Shown here one piece after another: positions 35,263-43,530 of a DNA stretch of 64,000 nt (its first letter is position 1; each line of letters opens with the position of its first letter). This DNA is from an uncultured Desulfobacteraceae bacterium (GTDB lineage Bacteria; Desulfobacterota; Desulfobacteria; Desulfobacterales; CAZHA01), in the NCBI GenBank assembly GCA_964530095.1, contig CAZHAH010000002.1, forward strand, positions 21,691-85,690, read 5' to 3'. Below the pieces are notes generated by a model. That model did not search any database and was not told where the DNA came from. It saw nothing but the letters and a program-made list of their open reading frames with translations. A program made the translations under genes and the position numbers.

Positions 35263-36435
35263 TTATGTTTTCAATGCAGCAACACCTCGCTCGATGCGGG
35301 CAATCCCCTCCTTCAGCTGTTCCATACTTGCAGCAAAGGAAAGACGAACATATCCTTCCCCGGTTTTTCCGAAAATGCTTCCCGGTACGACAGCCACCTT
35401 GTGCTCTTTCACGAGATATTTGGCAAAATCCCACGATGACATCCCAAATGACGAAATGTTCGGAAAAGCATAAAAGGTCGATTCCGGTTTGAGGCACTGA
35501 ATTCCATCAATGGCGTTGAGACCCTCATGGACGAAATGTCGTCTTTTGTCATAGGTGGCAACCATCTCTCGTATGCAGTCCTGGGGAGCGGAAATGGCCG
35601 CCAGGGCAGCCCTCTGAGCAACTGCGGTCACGCCTGACACCATGTGTTCCATGAGCTTTTCCATCTCGTCGATGATCGCCTTCGGAGCAGTAGTGTAACC
35701 GACTCGCCAGCCTGTCATGGCATAGGACTTGGAGAGGGTAAAGGCGGAGATGGTCCGCTCGGCCATATCGTCAAAAGCACCGATGCTGACGTGCTGATGA
35801 CCGTCAAACAGAATATCTTCGTACGGCTCGTCGGAAAGAACGATCAGATCATGTTCCTTGGCTATCTGAGAAATAGAGCCTAAAATGGGTTCATCAAAAA
35901 TCGCGCCCGTTGGATTGGACGGTGAATTGATGATCATCAACTTGGTTTTAGCGGTAATAGCGGCACGGATATCGGTTGGATCGACTTTGAAATGATTGGC
36001 TTCACGAGCGGGGACTGCCACCGGCACCCCGCCGAAAAGCCTTATTTGGGAGTAGTAATCGTATCCCGGGTCGATTACAATCACCTCATCGCCCCGGTTG
36101 AGCAGATGCAAACAGGTATTGAAAATGACCTGCATGGCCCCCACGGCGACATATATTTCCGTATCCGGATCTGCAATGATATTGTTTTGACGTTTCAGTT
36201 TCTCGGCAATGGCATTTCTGAGGTCGATAAATCCTTTGGCCGGCGGATAACGGGTATACCCGTCATCCAGCGCCTTTTTGGCCGCATCGCGGATAAATTC
36301 AGGCGTGCCGAAATCGGGTTGACCGATCCCCAGGTTCACCACGTCGGGAATCTCGTCGGCTAAGGCAAACATGACGCGGATACCCGACCACTCGACTTCA
36401 TGGGTGCGGGCGGACAGTTGTTTTTCAATCGGCAT
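35263..36435 (-). CDS. Class I/II pyridoxal-phosphate aminotransferase (AspC/AlaT-like)
   Basis: NLGIGQPDF, SPSNPTG, PLP-Lys motif FTLSKSYAMTGWRVGY. ATG 36435 (AAAGGA upstream) preferred over TTG 36450. Confidence 0.85.
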   Translation of the reverse strand: MPIEKQLSARTHEVEWSGIRVMFALADEIPDVVNLGIGQPDFGTPEFIRDAAKKALDDGYTRYPPAKGFIDLRNAIAEKLKRQNNIIADPDTEIYVAVGAMQVIFNTCLHLLNRGDEVIVIDPGYDYYSQIRLFGGVPVAVPAREANHFKVDPTDIRAAITAKTKLMIINSPSNPTGAIFDEPILGSISQIAKEHDLIVLSDEPYEDILFDGHQHVSIGAFDDMAERTISAFTLSKSYAMTGWRVGYTTAPKAIIDEMEKLMEHMVSGVTAVAQRAALAAISAPQDCIREMVATYDKRRHFVHEGLNAIDGIQCLKPESTFYAFPNISSFGMSSWDFAKYLVKEHKVAVVPGSIFGKTGEGYVRLSFAASMEQLKEGIARIERGVAALKT

Positions 36436-36446
36436 GTGCAATCCTT

Positions 36447-37397
36447 TCAACCGGTCACCGGCAGCAAGAGATCGGCAGCTCCTTTTTTAGAAGTTTTTAA
36501 CTCCGGGGCATGTCTATCCATCAGTTCATAGATTATGGCGGCTATCTTCACTTTTTCACGAACCAGATCCCGATGAAACGATTCAAACGCCCAAGGTTTG
36601 TAAATGTCTCCTTCCGAGGTGCCCGGTTCGATCTTGAAATAGACCGGTGAGGCTACCCGTGCAATTTCCGGGGTCTCATAGGCACGGAACATGCCGCCGA
36701 AAGCGTCAACGATGATGATGTAGACATCAAGGGGGATGTCCACCGCCCGTCGAATACTGCCCAGTATGGGCAACGACACATCGGAGATCGGATTGAGGGA
36801 GTTGACACCCATGGATTCGACGACTTTGGCGCCGGCTGCGCTGCAGTAGCCGCCGAAAACCGAGAATTTAAAGATGGTCTCCGGCGGGATCAAGCCTTCG
36901 GCGCGCATCTTGTTGAGCAAAAACAGAACGCCTTCATCATACACCAGAAATCCCCTGTGGCCGGCTTCAATGTTTCGCATGATATCGGCGATGTGATAGG
37001 ATATATTATCCGATCCCCGCAGACGAAAACCTTGCATACCACCTTCCGGTGTAGAGATCTCCTTGGATCCGGGATCCCAGCCCTTGCGGTGACCCACGGT
37101 CATGATCATTTCGATCTTCTCATCGTGAGCCATCCGGGCCATATCCTTGAGTTCCTGAAAATCACAATAGGTGGAACCTCCCACAGCGGCGATGGCCCGG
37201 TGGATAGTTACTTTCCGTTTTTCGGCTTCGTCGATCATGGCTTCCATCGTAGATGCCCTTTCCACACCGGCAATCTCGATGCGGTAATTAGCACCGTCTG
37301 CAAAGCTTTTTTCGGATGTGGGCAGATCCCAGGCATCCCGTCCGGGGATGCCCTCTTTTTCCATAAAGTTACGAATTTTTTCCAATACCTCTGACAT
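36447..37397 (-). CDS. Conserved-looking protein of unknown function (316 aa)
   Basis: GAGAGG RBS, tightly packed between PanB-like and aminotransferase genes. I recognise no motif. The alternating hydrophobic/charged pattern could fit an alpha/beta barrel. Confidence 0.6.
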   Translation of the reverse strand: MSEVLEKIRNFMEKEGIPGRDAWDLPTSEKSFADGANYRIEIAGVERASTMEAMIDEAEKRKVTIHRAIAAVGGSTYCDFQELKDMARMAHDEKIEMIMTVGHRKGWDPGSKEISTPEGGMQGFRLRGSDNISYHIADIMRNIEAGHRGFLVYDEGVLFLLNKMRAEGLIPPETIFKFSVFGGYCSAAGAKVVESMGVNSLNPISDVSLPILGSIRRAVDIPLDVYIIIVDAFGGMFRAYETPEIARVASPVYFKIEPGTSEGDIYKPWAFESFHRDLVREKVKIAAIIYELMDRHAPELKTSKKGAADLLLPVTG

Positions 37398-37438
37398 GAT
37401 AACCTCTCAATTTAAGTACGATGCTGTTTCGAATACGG

Positions 37439-38296
37439 TTACTCGCTGTTCTCCATTAGTTTATTAAGCTTTGGAAGTTCTCCTTCCACCATCTTGTATG
37501 CATGTTCTTCTTTTGGAAAATGGCCGCTACGAGCCTCGTCAGCATAGAGTCTGAAGGCTTCAATGGTCTTTTCCGCCAGGTTTGCATATTTTTTAACGAA
37601 CTTCGGTGTAAAGGCTTGGAATATACCCAGCACATCGCTACAAATCATGAGCTGGCCGTCGGCTTCCCAGCCGGCACCAATACTGTAGACAGGGATGGTC
37701 AGATTGTCGCGAATAATACCGCAGACTTCCGGCGGAACCGCTTCCACCAGCAGTGAATAAGCGCCGGCCTCTTCGATGGCCCAGGCATCCGCTATCACAT
37801 CTTTTGCTGCTTCGGCGGTCCTGCCCTGGGCCTTAAAGCCGCCCAGCTGTCCGGAGCTCTGGGGCGTCAGCCCGATATGTCCCATTACCAGCATACCGGC
37901 GTCGGCGATGGCCCGAATCTGGGGGCACACCCGCTGGCCGCCCTCGAGCTTGATTGCATCCACCCGGGCTTCCTTTAGAAATCTGCCGGCATTGCGAACC
38001 GCCTCTTCAACGCTGACTTGATAGGACAAAAAGGGCATGTCGCCGATAACAAACGTGTTGGGCGCTCCGCGGCGGACCGCTTCGCTGTGCCAGATGCACT
38101 GATCCATGGTGACCGGCACCGTTCCCTCATATCCGTAGACACACATTCCCAGCGAATCACCCACCAGAATCATATCCATGCCGGCCTGTTCCGCAAAGTT
38201 GGCCGTCCAGTAATCGTAAGCGGTGATCCATACCGCAACCTGCCGCGATTCCTTCATTTTCTGCAAATCGATTCTTGAAAACTTCTTTTTGGCCAT
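37439..38296 (-). CDS. panB: 3-methyl-2-oxobutanoate hydroxymethyltransferase (PanB) family enzyme in a catabolic context
   Basis: ITAYDY...LVGDSLGMCVYGYEGTVPVTMDQCIWHSEAVRRG...VIGDMPFLSYQ...DAIKLEGG...MGHIGLTPQS...GGFKAQGR. AGGAGG RBS. Confidence 0.8.
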   Translation of the reverse strand: MAKKKFSRIDLQKMKESRQVAVWITAYDYWTANFAEQAGMDMILVGDSLGMCVYGYEGTVPVTMDQCIWHSEAVRRGAPNTFVIGDMPFLSYQVSVEEAVRNAGRFLKEARVDAIKLEGGQRVCPQIRAIADAGMLVMGHIGLTPQSSGQLGGFKAQGRTAEAAKDVIADAWAIEEAGAYSLLVEAVPPEVCGIIRDNLTIPVYSIGAGWEADGQLMICSDVLGIFQAFTPKFVKKYANLAEKTIEAFRLYADEARSGHFPKEEHAYKMVEGELPKLNKLMENSE

Positions 38297-38305
38297 TTTA
38301 TCCTC

Positions 38306-39085
38306 CTATTCGGATGTCGTATTCCCCAATCCATGGGAGATGGTCCGGCAGACGCGCCGAACCTCTTTTTGTATTTCCCTGACCCGGGCGCTGGTGACAC
38401 GGCTGACCGGTCCTGCCACACTGATGGAAAAACGGGACATGCCGGTATGGTCGAATATGGGTGCGGCCACGCACCTGAGGCCCTTGGACAACTCCTCATT
38501 GTCGACGGCGTATCCATTCATCCGGATTTTTTCGAACTCTTTTTTCAAGGCTGCTTTCGACGTGATGGTTTTGGGGCCAAGGGGTTTCAATTCGATGGTT
38601 TCCAGGATCCGGTTTCTTTCGGCTTCGGGCAGGAAGGCGAAAATCGACTTGCCCAGAGCCGTACAATAGGCTGGGGCCCGTGAACCCAAGGGCGAATCCA
38701 TACGCAGCACTTCGGGCGAATCGATTTTGTCGATGTGAAGAACATCCGATCCATCCAGGTATCCGAGATTGATGGTTTCCTTGAAGGCCTGTGACAGTTC
38801 GTTCATCAGCGGCCGCGCCATTTGCCGGATTTCGAACCGATCCGCAACCCGGGCACCCATGCGGTAAGTTTTGAATGTCAACCGGTAGCGGTTTTCAGCG
38901 GTCTTTTCTACATAACCCAGCTCTTTCAGTGTCGCCAGGAACCGGTGGCTGCCCGCCCGGTTGTAACCCAACCGATTGGCCACCTCGGACACCGACAGAT
39001 CCTCATTTTTTGACAACAGCTCCAACACTTTCAGTCCCTTTGCCAGTGAACTGATGAAAAAGTATTTTTCTCCTGCAGCAGGCAA
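38306..39085 (-). CDS. IclR-family transcriptional regulator
   Basis: SSLAKGLKVLELLS...LSVSEVANRLGYNRAGSHRFLATLKELGYV, then an effector domain. TTG start with AAAGGA. Confidence 0.85.
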   Translation of the reverse strand: MPAAGEKYFFISSLAKGLKVLELLSKNEDLSVSEVANRLGYNRAGSHRFLATLKELGYVEKTAENRYRLTFKTYRMGARVADRFEIRQMARPLMNELSQAFKETINLGYLDGSDVLHIDKIDSPEVLRMDSPLGSRAPAYCTALGKSIFAFLPEAERNRILETIELKPLGPKTITSKAALKKEFEKIRMNGYAVDNEELSKGLRCVAAPIFDHTGMSRFSISVAGPVSRVTSARVREIQKEVRRVCRTISHGLGNTTSE

Positions 39086-39148
39086 CTGATATCCTTTCTG
39101 TTGAAAGAAAATGACTATGAAAAGCGATCATCCTTGATGAACACTATG

Positions 39149-39210
39149 TGTGACATAAAACCGTAATATGTGACAGTCTAATGGAGATGGGTTCGGTTTG
39201 TCAAGACAAA
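39149..39210. promoter_or_regulatory. Candidate operator sites in the divergent iclR / dehydrogenase intergenic region
   Basis: TGTGACA at 39149 and 39169 (20-nt spacing). Perfect palindrome TTTGTC-AA-GACAAA at 39197-39210. Confidence 0.3.
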
Positions 39211-39314
39211 TTTTTATGAAATCATGCTTTAAAACACCAGGAATTTGTTCCGAAATGGAAATCTATTCTTGTTTTTTAAATTGAAATCGCCGGGAGTAAA
39301 GGATATAGGTAACC

Positions 39315-39350
39315 GTTCAAGGGTTCACGGTTCAAAGATTCAGAGGTTCG
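39315..39350. repeat. GTTCA octamer array, second locus (GTTCA 39315, 39323, 39330; ATTCA 39338; GTTCG 39346)
   Basis: gtaaccGTTCAaggGTTCAcgGTTCAaagATTCAgagGTTCG. Same gtaaccgttca lead-in as the array at 523. Confidence 0.75.
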
Positions 39351-39407
39351 GCCGTTAGCGGGAAACATTGAAACGCCTAACCTGGCTTTAATAATGAGGT
39401 CAATAAA

Positions 39408-40355
39408 ATGGATGATCAACATCATTTGTTAATTCTAAGCAAGGATTCAGAACGATTTGCAGCGTTAATCAGGCAGCATGATTTTGAAAAACTTCACCTC
39501 GGCGTTTATGATTCACAAGTGGACGTTCGCAAGCAATTGGAGCAATGTAATATTATTTTAGGTGAACCAAATAAAATTGCACCCATTTTAGACGCGACCA
39601 AAAAAATAAAGTGGGTCCAATCCACATGGGCAGGGGTAGACGACCTGATGCGGTCACCCGTCCGTAAGGATTATATTCTGACCGGCGTAAAGGGGATTCA
39701 TGACGCGATGATGAGTGAGTACGTGTGGGCGTACATCATTGGATGGGAAAGGCGAATCTTTCAAATTCGCGCCAACCAAGAAAAAAAGATCTGGAAACCG
39801 ATACATTATGCGAGCTTGAAGGGAAAACGGTTGGGCGTCTGTGGTATGGGGTATATCGGAAAGCATATCGCCCGGGTGGCGAAGCAATTCGGAATGGAGG
39901 TGTGGGGATACAAACGCACGGCGGCCGATGTGGCCGAAGCAGATCGGCTTTTTGCGGGCGACGAATTTAACTTGTTTTTAACGCAACCAGACTACATTGT
40001 AATCACGCTCCCGAATACACCAGAGACCTACCATCTCTTTGACAAAGCGGCCTTTGAGGCAATGAAAAAAACGGCGGTTTTGATCAACGTGGGGCGGGGA
40101 TCAGTCGTCTCGGAGTCGGCGCTGATTCAAGCACTGGATGAAAACAAAATTGGCGGCGCCATACTGGATGTGTTTGAAACCGAGCCGCTTCCCCCCGATA
40201 GCCCCCTTTGGACCCATGCGCGGGTATTAATCACACCGCACATCTCCTCTTTGAGCTTCCCCGAGGATATTGTTCCCATTTTTGCAGAAAACTACCGTCG
40301 TTTCATCTCCGACCAACCGCTTTTGCATGTGATCGATTTTAATCAAGGGTACTGA
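39408..40355 (+). CDS. NAD-dependent D-2-hydroxyacid dehydrogenase family protein
   Basis: GVCGMGYIGKHIARVAKQFGMEV (Rossmann), VLINVGRGSVV, ILDVFETEPLP, ITPHIS. Confidence 0.85.
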   Translation: MDDQHHLLILSKDSERFAALIRQHDFEKLHLGVYDSQVDVRKQLEQCNIILGEPNKIAPILDATKKIKWVQSTWAGVDDLMRSPVRKDYILTGVKGIHDAMMSEYVWAYIIGWERRIFQIRANQEKKIWKPIHYASLKGKRLGVCGMGYIGKHIARVAKQFGMEVWGYKRTAADVAEADRLFAGDEFNLFLTQPDYIVITLPNTPETYHLFDKAAFEAMKKTAVLINVGRGSVVSESALIQALDENKIGGAILDVFETEPLPPDSPLWTHARVLITPHISSLSFPEDIVPIFAENYRRFISDQPLLHVIDFNQGY

Positions 40356-40358
40356 GAT

Positions 40359-40634
40359 GTGGAAAAAAGGACAAATCCTGCGTGGGAGCACTTTAAGCTA
40401 ATCCTTTGGGTGATTTTGATAATTGAATTTCTCCTGTTTCTCATCGCGCTGACGGTGGGGCGGGCTTCCGATTTTCAATTAATCTTTTATACTTCGTTTT
40501 GGATCGGGCTGCTAATTGCCATTGTATTTTTGTGTATCTATCTGTTAAATATTTTAGAAATCCTTCTAACCGCAGGCGTTAAAAAGGTTCGCAAAATGAT
40601 TGCTAAAGGAAGGGGAAGCAGGGATGTCAATTGA
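40359..40634 (+). CDS. Small hypothetical membrane protein (GTG start)
   Basis: Two clear hydrophobic helices. No homology recognised and it overlaps the next gene start. Confidence 0.3.
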   Translation: MEKRTNPAWEHFKLILWVILIIEFLLFLIALTVGRASDFQLIFYTSFWIGLLIAIVFLCIYLLNILEILLTAGVKKVRKMIAKGRGSRDVN

Positions 40635-41238
40635 ATCCTTATTGGGCTTTACGCTGGCCATGTTTATTCTCGCCGTTACCCCCGGTCCGGGTGTATTTGC
40701 GTCGGTTTCACAAGCGCTTTCAGAGGGATTTCGCTCATCCTGGGATGTCATTGCCGGAATTATTCTGGGGGATCTTCTGTTTCTGATACTGGCGGTGTTC
40801 GGACTGTCGGCAATTGCATATGCCCTGGGGAATTTGTTTTTCATCATCAAATGGATCGGCGGCACCTATCTGATATGGCTCGGATGGCGGATGTGGCGGC
40901 GGAATCCGGACGTATTTCATCCAATCCGGAACGCTGAAAGGCGTAACGGCAGACAGCGATTTATGGGAGGACTTTTGATCACTCTGGGTAATCCCAAAGT
41001 TATCCTGTTTTATGCCGGGTTTTTGCCCACTTTTCTGGAATTAGCCCGGTTAAGAATTATTGATATTCTCATGGTGGCTGGTGTTGTGACGATGGTTCTG
41101 GGGGGAGTAATGGGTGTTTATGCCTATTCAGCTGCGCGTGCGCGACAACTCTTTTCCAGTGAACGCGCTCGTCGCAATCTGAACCGGAGCGCGGGAACGG
41201 TCATGATGGGGGCCGGGGTCATTATCGTTACCCGTTGA
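40624..41238 (+). CDS. LysE/RhtB-family amino-acid exporter
   Basis: AVTPGPGVFASVS, WIGGTYLIWLGWRMW, NPKVILFYAGFLP. ATG 40624 preferred. Confidence 0.8.
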   Translation: MSIESLLGFTLAMFILAVTPGPGVFASVSQALSEGFRSSWDVIAGIILGDLLFLILAVFGLSAIAYALGNLFFIIKWIGGTYLIWLGWRMWRRNPDVFHPIRNAERRNGRQRFMGGLLITLGNPKVILFYAGFLPTFLELARLRIIDILMVAGVVTMVLGGVMGVYAYSAARARQLFSSERARRNLNRSAGTVMMGAGVIIVTR

Positions 41239-41337
41239 GGAATCCAGTAGAAGAAGAAAAAAGAAAAGATCAAGCTGTATTCCCGCTACCCGGTAACGAG
41301 TATACTGATTTATAATGGCATAACAATTGCGCATTAT

Positions 41338-41805
41338 GTGCTGGGAGGCATAGGAATCATTTTTGGGTACGATTTTAACTGGACGGGTTTGCCTTTGGGC
41401 TTGTTTTACATCGTATTCGCTTTTGTACAAATGTATATCCTCATGCCGTATATGGTTTGCTCCAATTGTGTTTATTATAAAATCAAGGATTCACTTTGCA
41501 TTTCCGGACTCAATATCGTTTCCAGAAAGATTGCCAGAGAGGGGAATGTAAAAGACTTCCCCAAACGCGGGGAAGGCGTCTTCTGCCATAACCATCTCTA
41601 TATGGCCTCTTTATTTTTGCCCCTTATCGCCATGATTCCGGCCCTGATCATCAATTTTTCTCTGATACTGCTGATACTATTTATGACGGTGGCGGGGTTG
41701 CTCTTATACCGTTTCTTTGTGGTTTTCCCCAAAACGGCCTGCATTCACTGCCGGGCGAAGTATGACTGTCCGAACGCTAAGGCCATGGGGCTCAGCGAAG
41801 TCTAG
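41338..41805 (+). CDS. Cys-rich polytopic membrane protein (hypothetical)
   Basis: MVCSNCVYYKIKDSLC and ACIHCRAKYDCPN flank hydrophobic helices. The frame is open from 41251 but has no ATG upstream. Ends in TAG. Confidence 0.45.
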   Translation: MLGGIGIIFGYDFNWTGLPLGLFYIVFAFVQMYILMPYMVCSNCVYYKIKDSLCISGLNIVSRKIAREGNVKDFPKRGEGVFCHNHLYMASLFLPLIAMIPALIINFSLILLILFMTVAGLLLYRFFVVFPKTACIHCRAKYDCPNAKAMGLSEV

Positions 41806-41807
41806 TT

Positions 41808-41951
41808 AGTGCCTGAACGAAAACTGTCTTTTTAGCCCATATCTGCGTTGGATAAAAAATTTTAATCCTCGGAATACAGGGAGTATGCCTGCGGTTAAAA
41901 TTTTGATCCGCCTTGATCTGAACCAAAAATCCTAGTTTTCGTTCAGGCACT
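41808..41951. repeat. 144-nt imperfect palindromic element with perfect 18-nt terminal inverted repeats
   Basis: AGTGCCTGAACGAAAACT (41808-41825) vs AGTTTTCGTTCAGGCACT (41934-41951). The inner arms partially pair (GGAT-AAAAATTTTAA / TTAAAATTTT-GATCC). Confidence 0.8.
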
Positions 41952-42062
41952 CATTCGTGTCCATCCATAAATGGTCGTGGATGAGCACTATCAAAATGTT
42001 AATGGTTATTGGCATCAATCACGTTCATTATTTAATATTCCTTGGATTGATGTGAGGCAATC

Positions 42063-42692
42063 ATGTTTTCGGCATTATCTGCGGGTGTGGTCCTGGGGTT
42101 GTCGGCCGGTTTGACTCCCGGCCCTTTATTGACGCTGGTGATCACCCAAACGCTCAGGCACAATATCCGGGAAGGGATTAAAGTTGCCCTGGCCCCGTTA
42201 ATTACCGATGTTCCCATCATCGTCATTTCCCTGCTGGTTTTAGGCAGGCTGAGTGATTTTAACCGGGTACTTGGCCTGATCTCAATCGCAGGCGGCATTT
42301 ATGTTTTATATTTAGCCTATGAAAGTGCCCGGACAGGACCGGTTGATCTTCAAATCTCAAAAGAACATCCCCGATCGCTAAAAAAAGGGTCTCTGATCAA
42401 TATTTTCAATCCGAACCCCTACCTTTTTTGGATAACCGTCGGCGCCCCGCTCATGCTGAAAATGGGAGCTGAAACCCGACTGGCGCCGGTCATATTCGTG
42501 TTGTGTTTCTATCTCCTTCTGGTGGGTTTGAAGGTTTGTATGGCGGTCATTGTGGGAAAATCGCGATCCTTCTTAAGCGGACGTATTTATGTGAATATAA
42601 TGCGAAGCTTGGGGGTGGTGCTGGCATTGTTTGCCTTGTTTTTATTCAAAGATGCGGTGCAATTGCTGGGAATAGTGCCGTCAATATCGTAA
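42063..42692 (+). CDS. LysE/RhtB-family exporter (second copy)
   Basis: GLTPGPLLTLVITQT, NPNPYLFWITVGAP. Confidence 0.8.
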   Translation: MFSALSAGVVLGLSAGLTPGPLLTLVITQTLRHNIREGIKVALAPLITDVPIIVISLLVLGRLSDFNRVLGLISIAGGIYVLYLAYESARTGPVDLQISKEHPRSLKKGSLINIFNPNPYLFWITVGAPLMLKMGAETRLAPVIFVLCFYLLLVGLKVCMAVIVGKSRSFLSGRIYVNIMRSLGVVLALFALFLFKDAVQLLGIVPSIS

Positions 42693-42715
42693 AGAAAGGA
42701 GTTCATAATTTTGCC

Positions 42716-43522
42716 ATGAAAATTATTCGTTTTCTGGACACATCGAATCGAGTGGTATACGGCCGGGAGCATCCGGACGGGATCATAACACGGTTGGATG
42801 GGGAAATATTTAAGGAACTGAAAGACTCGGGACAAAAGATTCAGGTCAAAAAACTGCTTACACCGGTGACACCCCCGGCCATATTATGCATCGGCCTCAA
42901 CTATCGACAGCACGCGGCTGAAACCGGATCGGAGATACCCCGTTATCCGGTGCTGTTTATGAAGAATCCGGGATCCGTGTGTCATCCTCAAGATCCGATT
43001 CTTTTGCCGAAGTCTTGTGTGGACCCACCACAGGTGGATTATGAAGGTGAGCTCGCAGTGGTCATAGGCAAACGCGCTAAAAACATTTCCGAATCCGCGG
43101 CCCTCGAATATGTGATCGGATACACGGTCGGCAACGACATCTCTGCCCGGCGATGGCAAAAACACGCCGGCGGGGGACAGTGGATACGGGGTAAAAGCTT
43201 CGATACGTTTTGCCCCCTGGGACCTCGAATTGTTACCTCCGATGAATTGACTGATCCGCAAAACCTGGAACTCAAATCATTTGTGAACGGAGAGGTCATG
43301 CAAAGCACCAACACAGGTGATATGATTTTTCCGGTAATAAAGCTGGTATCGTATTTGTCTGAAAGTACCACCCTGTTACCCGGTACGATCATCATGACCG
43401 GCACACCGGGAGGAGTGGGCTACAAACGCACACCGCCTGTTTATCTTCACCCCGGTGATACCTTAGAGGTTCGCATCGATCACATCGGGCGATTGACCAA
43501 TCGTGTGGCTCTAGAGGAATAA
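42716..43522 (+). CDS. Fumarylacetoacetate hydrolase (FAH) family protein
   Basis: ILCIGLNYRQHAAE, VDYEGELAVVIGK, GYTVGNDISAR, GTIIMTGTPGGVG. ATG 42716; the track ORF start lies inside the LysE gene. Confidence 0.85.
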   Translation: MKIIRFLDTSNRVVYGREHPDGIITRLDGEIFKELKDSGQKIQVKKLLTPVTPPAILCIGLNYRQHAAETGSEIPRYPVLFMKNPGSVCHPQDPILLPKSCVDPPQVDYEGELAVVIGKRAKNISESAALEYVIGYTVGNDISARRWQKHAGGGQWIRGKSFDTFCPLGPRIVTSDELTDPQNLELKSFVNGEVMQSTNTGDMIFPVIKLVSYLSESTTLLPGTIIMTGTPGGVGYKRTPPVYLHPGDTLEVRIDHIGRLTNRVALEE

Positions 43523-43530
43523 ACCCAACC

